Origin: Octopus vulgaris
Lineage: Eukaryota
Direction: 5' to 3'
Assembly: GCA_951406725.2 (NCBI GenBank)
Contig: OX597820.1
Coordinates: 3,038,001 to 3,102,000, forward strand
DNA length: 64,000 bases
Position 1 is the stretch's first letter. Each line of letters begins with the position of its first letter. The position numbers and the translations under genes were made by a program. Positions 1-12,882 of this stretch are shown in pieces. The notes beneath the pieces are model-generated. The model ran no database searches. It saw only the letters and a program-made list of their open reading frames with translations, and had not been told where the DNA came from.

Positions 1-390
1 AAAATATTCCACCTGTTTTATCTTCAAATCAACTAGATCCTGCCTCTCAGACCGACCCTACAATGTTGTTCTAAAAATAAACAATCACATATGAAGTTCT
101 GAGATAATGCATGCTTTATTGAAACAATCTGGATAAATAAATGTTGCATTTGTCAGAGCAATCTGAATTGTAAAGGGTTCATTTAGGTTCCAAACGCCAG
201 CAACGACAAAGTTGTTTTATTAAATTCTTCATTATTTTAAAAATAGATTGAGACGAAGGCAGTGAATAAAACAGCGGCACGGTTATAAAATGGTTAATTA
301 TGCATTATCTTGAAGATGGGATTGTTTACTTTTAGAACAACATTTATTTGAAGACAAAACCGGTGGAATATTTAAGCCGAATATGACCAG

Positions 391-798
391 AAAATTACTA
401 TTTTTAAATCTCACAAAAGGAGATATTTAGCAACAGTACTTTGGAGTAAAGATTGTTTGCCAACATAACATGGCAGTCCTGGTTTAGGACGAATGTTGCT
501 GTAATTTAGCCCCAGGAGACATGATCTGTGTCCTTATATTTTCAAACAAGGGAATCTAGTACCCTCACTCAGCTCAAAACAATTATTCTGTGCTGATGAA
601 GGGAAATAACCCAGAAATCGTGATACACAGATATTGTTTTGAGCTGAGTGGGGGTGCTAGATTCCCTTGTTCGAAAATATAAGGACACAGATCGTGTCGT
701 ACAGCCAGCTGGAGACAATGTCTCGTGGGGCTAAATTACAGCAACATTCGTCCTAAACCAGGACTGCCATGTTATGTTGGCAAACAATCTTTACACCA
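391..798. mobile_element. Fold-back Penelope-like non-autonomous element (family D) with a central hammerhead ribozyme
   Basis: Long inverted arms (about 441-583 vs 633-798). 11-bp direct repeat AATATGACCAG at 380-390 and 799-809. Same family at 8942-9452, 40983-41265 and 52267-52419. Confidence 0.75.
587..631 (+). ncRNA. Type I minimal hammerhead ribozyme motif (family D)
   Basis: TCTGTG-CTGATGA-A-GGG AAATAA CCC-A-GAAA-TCGTGAT-A-CACAGA. Stem I is TCTGTG/CACAGA, stem II is GGG/CCC, stem III is near-palindromic; predicted cleavage after AUA. Confidence 0.7.
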
Positions 799-1159
799 AA
801 TATGACCAGTTTAAATGCTAAAGGGTTAAAGGAAATTTTGATAAAATTTGGACCATTTAAAAAAGGGGGAAGATTGTATAACAGAACCAAGTAGGTTGGT
901 GTTTAAACAGTTAATTCAGAACTAAACGGTTAATGGTTAAAGAGTAACCAACACTGAAATAAAAGTTCTTTTCAGCTCCAGTTTAATGATAGCAAAGAAC
1001 TTCACATGTGAAACAAAATCAATAACAAATATATTCCTGAAAAAAAAATTGACTGAAGGGTTTGAAAAAAAAAAACAAAAAAAACTAGGAGCTAGCTGAG
1101 GAGTGCAGTGCTTGAAGGTCATGGAAGGAAGGAACATTGTTGAGCTTGGTCACATTGTT

Positions 1160-1900
1160 GGGGTTTACAGTTGTGCGAACATGAGGCAGGTGTGAGGCGT
1201 GGCGGTCAACAAAGAGGGTTTTTGGTTCATGCCTGTGCAGTATAGAATTCTAAGCAAAGCAAGCAGCAAATACAGACTTATCTCATCTCAACTCCACCAA
1301 ATATTTATTCCACAATATTCTAATGAAGCAAAGCAAGCAGCGAATATAGTTCTAACTCTTCCAAACTCTTTTGACATGTGTCAATGTCTGTAAGAAAGGA
1401 CTAGAAACAATCAAACCATTCATCTTTCTCAACTCAGTTCTGAAGACGTTGCTCCAACCAAGATTCCATCTACCTGGGTCTTACTTCCTCACCATGACAA
1501 CCAGTTGTCGGGTCTTCTCTCATCTGCTCTCACTAACCCATCTTTACTCTCCAGGCTACACTCGATTCTTTCCAAAACGTGAAATTTGTGTCTACACAGA
1601 AGCAACCATCACAGTAATTCATCTTTCTCATTTAAATGTCAGCTTCAACTTTCTCTCGGAGAAAGCATTTATTCTCCACGCCATTAAGTTCCTCTGGGAT
1701 CTCCATCAGACGTCTCCGACAATCACTGAGTGTTCAATGGCCGTGCCTCCTGCACTGAGCACAACTATCTCAATGGCATCACCTCTCCCTAAAGCCATTC
1801 TTCTTGCACAACTTTATTCTTCTTGCACTCCTTCTAAAAACTTTAAACACCAATAAATTCATTGTTCCCTTAATTTACTTCCCCAGCAATTGTCTCAATC
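1160..1900 (+). mobile_element. Decayed CR1/L2-group LINE 3' ORF2 fragment
   Basis: Frameshifted translations resemble the post-RT C-terminus of CR1/L2 elements. An opposite-strand related fragment lies at about 2000-2700. Confidence 0.45.
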
Positions 1901-3010
1901 AGAGAAGATGTGATCCCCTTTTTACATCCCCTTTTTTTCTTTTCTTGCTAGCACTTCAAGCAGAAAACCAGAGTGTGGTTTGGGAGGGGAGAGAAGATGC
2001 AGGCTGTGCAATGTATGAAAGCGTTTTTTACTTTGATGACGGTCAACCTTCGGGAGTTTTGATTGTGTGTGAACACCTCACCACCTCACGGGTGACAATG
2101 AAGCATATTTGCTGAACTGGTTTGAATGAGCCAAAAATGAAGCATTTTGTTATTAAAGGTAATTCACAGAAACAAGTAAAGAATGTCCGGAGAGTGAGTC
2201 ATTTAGGGACTTGTAGACGATGGTAGAGTTTCTATGGTGCTGACAACTAGGTTAAACTTTATTCTTTGGAAATACGGTACCATGGACATGTAATTAGAAT
2301 GTTGTAGGGAAGGAGTGTAAGATTCTTCAAACAAAGCCAACCAGGAGAAAACCCTCGAGATTGGCCAAGAAGAAGATGTTTGGAGAATATCCCAAGTAGT
2401 CTCAGTTGGTCATGCTTAAGAATCTGGAATGTCTAATGACTGTTGCTTCTGACAGGACCCTATGGAGGAGGTGCCTGAGGATTCTGCTGCCATGACCCTC
2501 CCAGAAATAATGGGTGGAGAAAATGGTTGGTTGGATGGACAACAAGTCTAGGATGTAATACTTGGAGACAAGTGATAAGAACAAAAAGTGGTAGTGATCT
2601 TGGAGGATAAAAATAAGGAAAAAAATTCCAGACCAAAAGGGAGGTGCTGAAAGATGTTGTCGTGATGAGAGGCTTCTACAAAGCAATGACAAATGTCATT
2701 ATGGAAAAGAGATAAAGACCTTATACAGTGGAGGGCAGTTGGCTATTCCTAAAGGCTTGTTTTTTGGTACTTCTGATATGAGAGGTTCTGCAAGAAATAG
2801 TTTTATTTAACTGCATTAATTATACAATATTTTTGGTGAATAGACTTTTTGATTATCTTCAAGAGTAATCTTAATTTCATATCTGAAAAGAAACAGTGAA
2901 GAGGAAGGAGGAGAGAAACAGTGAAGAGGAAGGAGGAGAGAAACAGGACACAGGCAAGTCATGCACCAGATTCTATCATTTTTACAGAGAACCATTATTC
3001 TTTTCTATTC

Positions 3011-3214
3011 TAGGCACAAGGCCTGAAATATTTGGGGAGGGGGTCAGGTCAATTAGATCGACCCTAGTACACAATTGGTACTTATTTTACTGACCCCAAA
3101 AGGACGAAAGGCAAAGTCGACCTTGGCATTATTTGAACTCAGAACGTTAAGACAGATGAAATCCCGCTAAACATTTCACCCAGTGTGCTAATGTTTCTGC
3201 CAGCTCGCAGCCTT
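3011..3214 (-). mobile_element. tRNA-derived SINE, family B
   Basis: Reverse complement has a GAGCTGGCAGAAAC...GAGTTCAAAT head and a GTCGACTTTGCCTTTC body. Many copies in the window. Confidence 0.8.
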
Positions 3215-3799
3215 AACAGAGAACCATTATTGAGATAGCAAATGATCAGAAACTACAATCCATTCTACCATTACTGGACTGCCATCTATTTTACATTGAG
3301 TATTCTGTAGTGGCATGGATTAGGAAAGATCTGCAGCATAACATCTTTCAATATTGTATCTTAATCTTCCGTTAGGTCTTTCATAAAACTTCCACCACTT
3401 CTTCCCAATCCTCATCATCTCAGTTTTCATTCAACCAACAGTCATTGAATTCAAACAAATATCCTTAGAAGAACCATCAGCATCCTGCTACAGAGTTACA
3501 AGGATGTAAACCAATGAGGATAATGAATGCATAAAGAGCTGCAGGTGAGGCTGAAACAGGCTGGTTACTCGGGTTTAAAAAAAACCATACACGGTTGGGA
3601 AAAGAGGTTAAAAATAAATTGAGAACCATTTGTAGACTCATGATGGAATCAAGATCTACAAAGTTCTGCTCTCATTCCTGTTTATTCTAGTTTAGAAGTA
3701 ATCATAAAGACGGCCAGGCTTATTTCTATATTAACAAATAAGGCAGTTATTGCAAAAAATAATAATAATAATAATAATAATAAAAGCTAATGAAAATAA

Positions 3800-4080
3800 A
3801 TGAAATCGAGATCCAGATGAAACTAGTTTGTCAGCTTCTCAGAAAGCTTCACATCTCAGTGGAAGAAGGGAAAGCAGAGGCAGTGATTGCAGACTAGGAA
3901 ACTAACAGCCGTCCTTTTTAAGACAATAGGGTGTGAGATGAGGGAGATTTTCAATATGATTTCTAGCAGGTCAAACGACTTTGTGGAGGCTTCTTTGTAA
4001 TGCTCAGCCAAACATGAGTTGACAGGTGAGGCCAATGTGAGTGATGGAACAGAAACATAGTGAGTCACTAGAAACAAAAA
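3800..4080 (-). mobile_element. Decayed LINE reverse-transcriptase N-terminal fragment
   Basis: Degenerate translation resembling the 'NYRPI.L...SK.FE...L..HLE' region. Confidence 0.35.
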
Positions 4081-4303
4081 GACTTGCTCAAGAATGCTAA
4101 TTAACTCTATTAGTTAATGAAATAGAGACATGAGGAAATAATTTGAGAAGTCTCGTTAGCAATAATTAAAATACATTTACATTAACCACAATGCACACAC
4201 ACACACAGGTGAGAGGAGTCCATTCTGGCTTGACCAGTAGCATAAAGAAACTTGGATTTGGCAGCAAAGTATTTCAATTTTGAAATTCAGTAAAAGAACT
4301 TAC

Positions 4304-4374
4304 GTGAATTTTGGAGATCTTGGAGTTGCTGATCGATTTGAACTTGCTCCTTCAGAAGTTCTTGTTCTTCAAGA
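4304..4374 (-). CDS. MICAL-L: MICAL-like protein, bMERB third exon (LEEQELLKEQVQIDQQLQDLQNS)
   Basis: Acceptor tttgtttgttttgtAG, donor GTaagt; 71 nt, phase 2 to 1, in frame with the previous exon. Heptad pattern like '.EQ.LEE.Q..IE.ELR.L'. Confidence 0.88.
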
Positions 4375-5132
4375 CTACAAAACAAACAAACAAAAAAAAG
4401 GGTGATAACCAAATGCAACTTGACAGAGTTTAATTTACATTACTGGACCTGGGGTGGGGGGTGGCACAAGGCTCTGCAAAGGTAAACCAAACAGTCGTGC
4501 CCATTAGAATGCAATACCTTGTAGTGTTGAGGCTACACTTCCATAAAGGCCCAGCTTGGCTTTGCCCTTCCCCCTTTTCAACAGATCCCTGATAAAATAC
4601 TTAGGGGCCAACACAGTGGAATTATTTTGTGTTTGTGTGTGGATTAGAGAATAGTCAATTGATTTACCCTTTCTGTTTTACTTATTTTAGTCACTGGACT
4701 GTGGCCATGCTGGGGCACCATCACGAAGAAGTTTGGTTGAACAAATCCACATCAGGACTATTTTTTTTACGTTTATTTTTTTAAAGTTTGGTACTTATTC
4801 AATTGGTCTCTTTTGCTGAACTGCTAAGTGGTGGGGATGTGAGCAAGACAAGTGAAGTTGTCAAGCAATGATTTGGGGGGAGGTGCAAATACAAACACAC
4901 ACACAACTGTGACGTGCTTCCAGACAGTTTCCATTTACCAAATTCAGCCATAAGGCATTGGTTGATCTGGGGGCTACAATAGAGGACACTTGCCCAAGTG
5001 GGACTGAACCTGAAACCCGATGGCTGCAAACTGAGCTTCTTAACCACACAGCCAGGCCTGTGCCTATTTGTCTGAGAAGTATCTGGAAGAAAGATTTATG
5101 GTGACTGAATAAAGAAACTCAATGGAACTTAC

Positions 5133-5232
5133 TGGAAAACTAAATAATGTTCTTTCCTGACCAGATCATTTTTCTCATTGATTATGTTAAACCATTCTGT
5201 CATTTTCCTGTCATATTCATCATCGTTTATTG
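5133..5232 (-). CDS. MICAL-L: MICAL-like protein, bMERB second exon (INDDEYDRKMTEWFNIINEKNDLVRKEHYLVF)
   Basis: Acceptor cttgtttcttgcAG, donor GTaagt; 100 nt, phase 1 to 2. Contains the diagnostic 'M.EWF...NEKN.LVR.E..L' motif. Confidence 0.93.
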
Positions 5233-5863
5233 CTGCAAGAAACAAGCCACAGATTATTTCTTCTATAGAAAACAGAACTATGAAGGCACAGGTTCCATAC
5301 AATTTGCTCTCAATGTAGTTTTACAACTAAAATGACAAATACTTTGTAATCTGAGAAGCAACAACAATAGATTTCAGAACAACAACAGCAACAACAACAA
5401 TAAACAAGAGTAATAATAGTAATAAAATGCAACAGACATAAAAAAAAGGCTTTGTGAAAATATTGGATAATGTAGTAATTACGTATGTCGTGATTATATA
5501 TTATTATTATGACAAAGTATAAAAACATGTCCCTACAAATACAATGTTTTATATCCAAAACGGAGACATAGAAAAGAGTGGTGTTCAGCTGTGCTAAATA
5601 CTGTATAAAACAAAAGAATATTAAAAGCCATTAGAGCAGGTCTGAATTCAATTAAAGAATTGAGGGCAACAAACAAGAATACAGGTTGTGTAGGAAACAG
5701 ACAATAAATGGGATTTATAATTTGAATGTACTTTAATATTTCTACTTCAGTTTGTCATTACTGCATATACTTTATACGTACTTTTGACAAGTTGTGCTGC
5801 ACCTGAGCACTGTCTTCAATAATTTCATTATTATATTATCATATACTGGTTTACAGGTGTTAT

Positions 5864-6092
5864 TTAACACTGTAGCATTTAAACTGGTCATATCAGGCCC
5901 AAATATTTTACCCATTTTAACTTCAAACTGGCCAGATTCAGCCCCTCACACCTATCCTACAATGTCACTCTATACTATAAACAATCAGATCATCAAAATT
6001 TCAAAGCTACGAGATAATACATGATTAATTCAAAACAATGTGAATAAATAAACATTACATTCGACAGAATAATCTGAACGGTAAAGGGTTAA
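5864..6092. mobile_element. piggyBac-like MITE (TTAA-flanked)
   Basis: Ends ...AAAGGGTTAA. Same family at 1-179 and 8889-9634. Confidence 0.6.
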
Positions 6093-6170
6093 AGTAGAAA
6101 AACAAACAAGTATGGAATATTCTGGATATCATTTAACTCTTGGTACCAACCTGTCTGACACTGCCTTGGT

Positions 6171-6404
6171 TTAAACTCTTTCGTTACCAACCCGGCTGAA
6201 ACCACCTCTGGCTCTGTAGTACAAATGTCTTGTTTTCATAAAAGTTTTGAATTAAAATCTTCCACCAAACCTTACTCACAATTTATATATTCCTAACACT
6301 AGCTTGATGATAACGAAGTCATTTTACTAAATTCTTTGTTATATTTAAAGTAATTGAAAGAAACACAGAGCATCTCAACAGAAATATGGTAACAAACGGG
6401 TTAA
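6171..6404. mobile_element. Second TTAA-flanked MITE family
   Basis: ctctttcgttacca...tggtaacaaacggg inverted ends. Near-identical copy at about 35016-35244. Confidence 0.6.
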
Positions 6405-6774
6405 AATATATAACAGAGAACCAATTCTTAATGACAGAAATGTTCTATTCTAAAGTAATCCAAAGTAATCTACAATCTAACACCAATATTTCATGTTAAT
6501 TTGTTCCAAATATCACCGTAACCCTTTTGATACCTAATTACTTGGAACCAACTCCTGGTTCTATGAAACAAACACTTTTTTTTTAAAGTATCTTTCAAAT
6601 GGATTTTTAAAAGGACCTTCTTTCAAAATTGCATGTAAAATTAGGCTCCAAATCCTGGTTTAATATTTGCCAAGTTATTTTACTAAATACTTTGTTATTA
6701 TCCATATTAATTGAAACAATAGCAGTGTTTTTCAACAGAAATGTGGTAACAAAAGGCTTAATAATGATATGGTT

Positions 6775-6994
6775 ACTCCTTACTCTCTCTCTTTTACTTG
6801 TTTCAGTCATTTGACTGCGGCCATGCTGGAGCACTGCCTTTAGTAGAGCAAATCGACCCCAGGACTTATTCTTTGTAAGCCCAGTACTTATTCTATCGGT
6901 CTCTTTTTGCCGAACCGCTAAGTGACGGGGACGTAAACACACCAGCATCGGTTGTCAAGCAATGCTAGGGGGACAAACACAGACACACAAACAT

Positions 6995-7044
<50 letters not shown>

Positions 7045-7218
7045 ACACATATATACGACGGGTTTCTTTCAGTTTCCGTCTACCAAATCCACTCACAAGG
7101 CTTTGGTCTGCCCGAGGCTATAGTAAAAGACAGTTGCCCAAGGTGCCACGCAGTGGGACTGAACCCGGAACCATGTGGTTGGTAGGCAAGCTACTTACCA
7201 CACAGCCACTCCTGCGCC
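6775..7218 (-). mobile_element. Full-length tRNA-derived SINE, family A (CORE-like, internal AT/AC microsatellite)
   Basis: Reverse complement starts GGCGCAGGAGTGGCTGTGTGGTAAG (A box), then GGTTCAGTCCC (B box) and CACCTTGGGCAA (CORE-like). Flanked by a 55-bp duplication; about 20 copies in the window. Confidence 0.9.
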
Positions 7219-7765
7219 TAGCAGTGTTTTTCAACAGAAATGTGGTAACAAAAGGCTTAATAATGATATGGTTGTTTCAAAAATTAATTGAAACAAAGGT
7301 AGTGTATTACCAATCCATCCGAGACCACCCCTGATGCCATGATACAAGCTGTTTTACAAGTGATCTAAATAAAACCTTCCATAAATATTTCATGTAAATT
7401 TGCTTCAAACGTCAGCTTAATGACAGTTATTTTGCTAATTTCTTTGTTATTTTAAAAATCAGTTAAGAGAAAAGATGTGTGTTTCAACAGAAATATGGTA
7501 ACAAAACGGTTAGAGGGATCTAAGTTCTACGCCTTCCAAAATGAAGACAATGCACTGCAAAGGAAGCATTCAGTTATGATATCTGCAAGACAGTGGCATC
7601 AAAAGATGATTTTCTTTTTCAAAAAAACATTGGTTAGGAATTGAAACTGCAATACATAATATCAAAAATATAAACTTCCTAATAAAAACTTGCAATAAAA
7701 AAATAAAACAAAACAAGATTTATGATACATAGACAACAACTAATTTTTTCTTTCAAAGTATAAAG

Positions 7766-7800
<35 letters not shown>

Positions 7801-8941
7801 ATATATATAACATTATGCAACATAAACAGCTCTGTAATGTAAACATTACCAATATGACATGCTAAATGTATGCTGGATGTGTGTGTGCTATTTAAAAACC
7901 AGAAACTGTAGTTTTATTATCTCAGAAAATCTGTTCAAAAACACAACATACCACTGCTCAAGTTTCATCTAAACAATTCTTTTTTTTTTTTTAACCTCAA
8001 GAGTTATTTTACTTCTTTATTAAAGTTTTATGTTTAGTCTGCGGCAGTGAAGTTCCTCACTCCACTGTTTCAAGACCTCTGTCTCATTGGTACGGTTTAT
8101 TAACAACCAAACTCATTCAGATGACCGAGAAACACTAGCAAGACCGATGAACCATGAAACTCAATTTTTCTACATTTAACTTTAAGAATAAGAAACTATG
8201 AAAAGTTTCTAATAAAAGATCCAAAAATTTGATCAGAGTCAAATTTCCAATATCATTTCCCCCTAATCTTTGGTCAAGAAACTTGTGTAGGTCATGTTGA
8301 GTCATGGCTAAATTTGGAATTTTGTCCAGTATCATTTTTGATACAAAACCTTCTGAGACCACATTTGGTTCGATGAAGATCCAAACTAGAACTCTCCTTC
8401 AAAATTTCCGTTTAATTTATGTTTCAAAGACCAACTTTATATCAAAGTTAATTTACCAAATTCTTTGTTATTTTCAAAATTAATTGAAGAAATTCAAGAG
8501 AAATATGGTAAGAAAAGGGTTAACTCCAACTCACTTTCAACAATAACTATTCTTAGTTTATTACAAAGGTGTGTGAGTTTGTTCTACTATCTTTTAGAGT
8601 TTAAGAGACTTCAATATCCACCCTTAGAACTGGTTCGATAACCACAACCAAACCAGTGACATTATTGGGTACCACAATAACGTCTTGGCTGACAGCAGAT
8701 TGTAAAAGAAGTGGCAGCAAGAAAAGACAACATTCTTGATCTTGGTCTGACAAACCCACCTGCAGAAGCCACATCTCTAGCACACCTGGGCACCTCAGAT
8801 CACAACACTATAATCTAGAGATTAGTGAAACTGAATGTTCTGTTGCAAACTATAAAAGACAGATTTGGTTGGAACATGTGGCGCCACCTTAACCCTCTAG
8901 CATTTATACTGGACATAAATGCTCAAAATATCCTATTTTAT

Positions 8942-9452
8942 GAAGTAAAGATTATTTGCCAACATAACATGGCAGTCCTGGTTTAGGATGAATGTTGCTG
9001 TAATTTAGCCCCAGGAGACATTGTCTCCAGTTGGCTATATGACACGATCTGTGTCCTTATATTTTCGAACAAGGGAATCTAGCATCCCCACTCAGCTCAA
9101 AACAATATCTGTGTATTGTGATTCTGGGTTATTTCCCTTCATCAGCACAGAATAATTGTTCAGCTAGAGGTGGCATTGCCAAATTCCCGTTTGAAATATA
9201 TAGCTTTCAAGGTGACAACTAGTTACTGATCTATAAATTAGAAAATTACTATTTGTAAATCTCTCAACAAGAGATATTCAGCAACAGTACTTTGGAGTAA
9301 AGCTTATTTGGCAACATAACATGGCAGTCCTAGTTTAGGACGAATGTTGCAGTAATTTAGCCTCAGGACTGCCATGTTATGCTGCCAAATAATCTTCACT
9401 CCAAAGTACTGTTTCTGAATATCTCTTGTTGAGAGTTTTAAAAATAGTAATT
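8942..9452. mobile_element. Family D Penelope-like insertion (tandem plus inverted arms) nested in a TTAA MITE
   Basis: Direct repeat CTATTTTAT at 8933-8941 and 9453-9461. Palindrome at 9241-9452. Minus-strand hammerhead remnant at 9108-9151, missing one A of GAAA. Confidence 0.7.
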
Positions 9453-11049
9453 CTATTTTATATTCAGACTGCCAGATCCAGCCTCTCACACCTAGCCTAC
9501 AATGTTGTTCTACAAATTAAACAATCACAGCATTGAAATTTCAAGGCTACAAAACAATGCAAGATTAATTCAAAACAATGTGAATAAATAAGGATTAGCA
9601 TTTGACAGAGTAATCTGAATGCTGAAAGGGTTAACAATCCATCTTGGAAGCCAAAAGGTTAGACTTTAAGTTCCAAATAATTCCAGTGGAACATTTATGA
9701 AGATGTCAAATTAAAGATACATTATTTTCTCAATACAGAAATCGTAAGCATTCATCCATCCAGTTTGGGCAACTTATCTGGACCAATGTTAACCTTTCCA
9801 TACCAGATGTCCCCCAACTGAGCAAGAGCCACGAATGTCTGGCCTGGATTTTTTGTCACCCTGGACTTTCCTTTGCTGAACTGTCTCATCTGTACAGATC
9901 ACAACACTGAAATCCAGGAAAGCCATGAGATAAGGCATTATTTCTATCAAAACAAGGGGAATAAATAAGCCTTACATTCGGCAGAGGAGTAAACTGAATG
10001 CTAAAGGGTAAAATCAATTGATTTGTTGTCATTAAGAGAAATAATCTGGAGATGTTCACTTAGATAAACTCACTACCATATTTTTCCAGGCAAAACCCAT
10101 CAGTAAGAATCCAGGTGATGAATGTAGAATGGTTTCTAGAAAGCAATATCAATTTTTACCATCAATTAAAGAGATTCTACAAAACAAACAACAGTTTATC
10201 AAAGCAAGGCACGGCTACATTCGGGTGGAGAATCAGGCAAAAAGGGGTCACAATGCTACACTAAGTAAACAATGGAAAACTGACAAGCAACAACCTCAGC
10301 AAGAAGCGGTGGAGCATCATAAATTCTGTGGGTGCAAGGAGGAGGTTGCTACTCTGGAGGGTGTCTTTGAGTAGTAATTCCAGAAAATGAGCAAAGAAAT
10401 GCCAGAGCATACTTTTGGTACACTCCCGTTTTATATTCTCTTTTATGATTTAAATTTTTCAGCCAGACTGTGGCCATGCTGGAGTACCACCTTAAAGAAA
10501 TTTGCAAAGCGCCTGGTACTTATTCAGTTGGCCTCTTTTGCTGAACTGCTAAAGTACAGGGATGTAAACAAACCAACACTGGTTATTAAGTGGTGGTGGT
10601 GGCAGGGGACAAACACAAAGATACACATATTCATAGACATACCATATATAGTATATATGATGGGATTTGTTCAGTTTCCACCTGCCAAATCCATTCACAA
10701 GGATTTGGTCAGCTCAACACTTGCCCAAGGTGCCATACAATGGGACTGAACTCAGAACCATGTGGTTGGAAAGCAAGCTTCTTACCACACAGCCGGCACC
10801 TATATTGTCGACATTAAAATCTTAACTTTATAATTCTTTTATTCTTTTACTTGTTTCAGTCATTTGACAGCAGCCATGCTGGAGCACCACCGCTTTTAGT
10901 CGAACAAACCAACCCCAAGATTCTTTGTAAACCTGGTATTTATTCTATTGGTATCTTTGCTGAACTGCTAAGTTACAGGGATGTAAACACACCAGCATCG
11001 GTTGTCAAGCAATGGTGAGGGGACAAACACGGACACACACACATATATA

Positions 11050-11460
11050 TCATCGTTCATCATTTAACGTCCGCTTTCCGTGCTAGCATGGGTTGGACGA
11101 TTTGACTGAGGGCTGGTGAACCAGATGGCTGCACCAGGCTTCAATCTTGATCTGGCAGAGTTTCTACAGCTGGATGTCCTTCCTAACGCCAACCACTCCG
11201 TGAGTGTAGTGGGTGCATTTACGTGCCACTGGCACGAGGGCCAGTCAGGCGGTACTGGCAATGGCCACGCTCAAATGGTGTTTTTTATATGCCACCTGCA
11301 CAGGAGCCAGTCCAGAGGCACTGGCAATGACCTCGCTCGAATGTTTTTTCATGTGTCACTGGCACAAGCGCCAATAAGGCGACGCTGGTAACGATCACAC
11401 CTGAACTGTGCTTTTTGTGTTCCGCCGGCATGGAAGTTTTTCATGCCACCGGCACGGAAG
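11050..11460 (-). mobile_element. SINE/RTE-tail repeat, family C ((GAT)n tail, internal GTGCCAC repeats)
   Basis: Reverse complement has GGAGTGGTTGGCGTTAGGAAGG...GGACGTTAAATGATGA. Further copies at 12163-12310, 13848-14185, 32200-32680, 42398-42610, 55410-55690 and 62373-62675. Confidence 0.8.
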
Positions 11461-11535
11461 TATATAGATATATATACACACACACACACACAGAGTAATC
11501 CCTTGCCATATCAAGGGATTACTGTATATATATAT

Positions 11536-11895
11536 ATTTCTTTATTGCCCACAGGGGGCTAAACATAGAGGGGACAAACAAGGACAAACGGATTAAGTCG
11601 ATTATATCGACCCCAGTTCGTAACTGGTACTTATTTAATTGACCCCAAAGGGATGAAAAGCAAAGTCAACCTTGGTGGAATCTGAACTCAGAAGGAGACA
11701 AAATACCTATTTCTTTATTGCCCAGAAGGGGCTAAACACAGAGAGGACAAACAAGGACAGACAAACAAATTAAGTCGGTTATATCAACCCCAGCACGTAA
11801 CTGGTACTTTATTTATAGACCCGGAAAGGATGAAAGGCAAAGTCGACCTCGGCGGAATACCGCTAAGCATTTCGCCCAGCATCCTAACGATTCTG
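11536..11895 (-). mobile_element. Family B SINE, tandem-duplicated 3' part
   Basis: Two units of TATTTCTTTATTGCCCA...GGATGAAAGGCAAAGTC. Confidence 0.75.
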
Positions 11896-12649
11896 TCATA
11901 TATATATTTTCCTCTCAAACACATAATAATAATGGTGAATAGGACAGAACGTCTTTTGTTAGCAGCCAGCCCTGGGACCCAAACTCACATCCCTGTGTTT
12001 ATCGGTCATAGTGCTTTACCTTTAAGCTAAACTACCTACTAACAAATTCTTCTGCAATTTTTGACTATAAGCAGTTTAGCTTAAAGGTAAAATCCTATGA
12101 CCGGTAGTCACAGCGATGTGAGCTCAAGTCTCATGGCTGGCTGCTAACAAATTTTTCTGCAATGGAGTGGTTGGCGTTAGGAAGGGCATCCAGCTGTAGA
12201 AACACTGCCAGATCTGACTGTCCTGGTGCAGCCTTCGGGCTCCCCAGACCCCAGTTGAACCGTCCAACCCATGCTAGCATGGAAAGCGGACGTTAAATGA
12301 TGATGATGATAAGTATGCTCTGTCGCATTTATGCTATTCAGCATTATTATTATGCGTTTGAGAGGAAAATGTTTCCATATCTGTATATTTCAATATATAT
12401 CAATACTTCTAAAAAAGCAAACTTTGTTTACATACATCATAAATACACACACACACACACAAACGGGCTTCTTTCAGTTTCTGTCAAACAAATCCACTCA
12501 CAAGGCTTTGGTCAGCCTAAGGCTATCATAGAAACACTTGCCCAAGGTGCCACACAGTGGGACTGAACCCAGAAGCATGTGGTTGGGAATTTCTTACCAC
12601 ACCCAGTTTGTGTGTGTGTAGCATATATAGCTTCCTTGTTGGTAAGATA

Positions 12650-12882
12650 AGGTGGTGAGCTGGCAGAGTGGTTAGCACACCAGGCAAAATGCTTCAGCAG
12701 TATTTCGCCTGCTGCTATGTTCTGAGTTCAAATTCTGCCGAGGTCAACTTTGCCTTTCATCCTTTTGGGGTCAATTAAATAAGTACCAGTTACACACTGG
12801 GGTCGATATAATCGACTTAATCCGTTTGTCTGTCCTTGTTTGTCCTCTCTGTGTTTGGCCCCTTGTGGGTAGTAGAGAAATA
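12650..12882 (+). mobile_element. Full-length family B SINE
   Basis: AGGTGGTGAGCTGGCAGAGTGGTTAGC A box, GAGTTCAAATTC B box, 3' end GTAGAGAAATAGG. Confidence 0.85.

Noticed and set aside
11215-11460. Regularly recurring GTGCCAC(C/T)GGCAC units resembling a CRISPR array
   Set aside because: Internal tandem subrepeats of family C with homologous spacers, in a eukaryotic context with no cas genes.
11491-11526. Small hairpin AGTAATCCCTTG...CAAGGGATTACT
   Set aside because: Probably a collapsed Tc1/mariner-type MITE remnant; too short to call.
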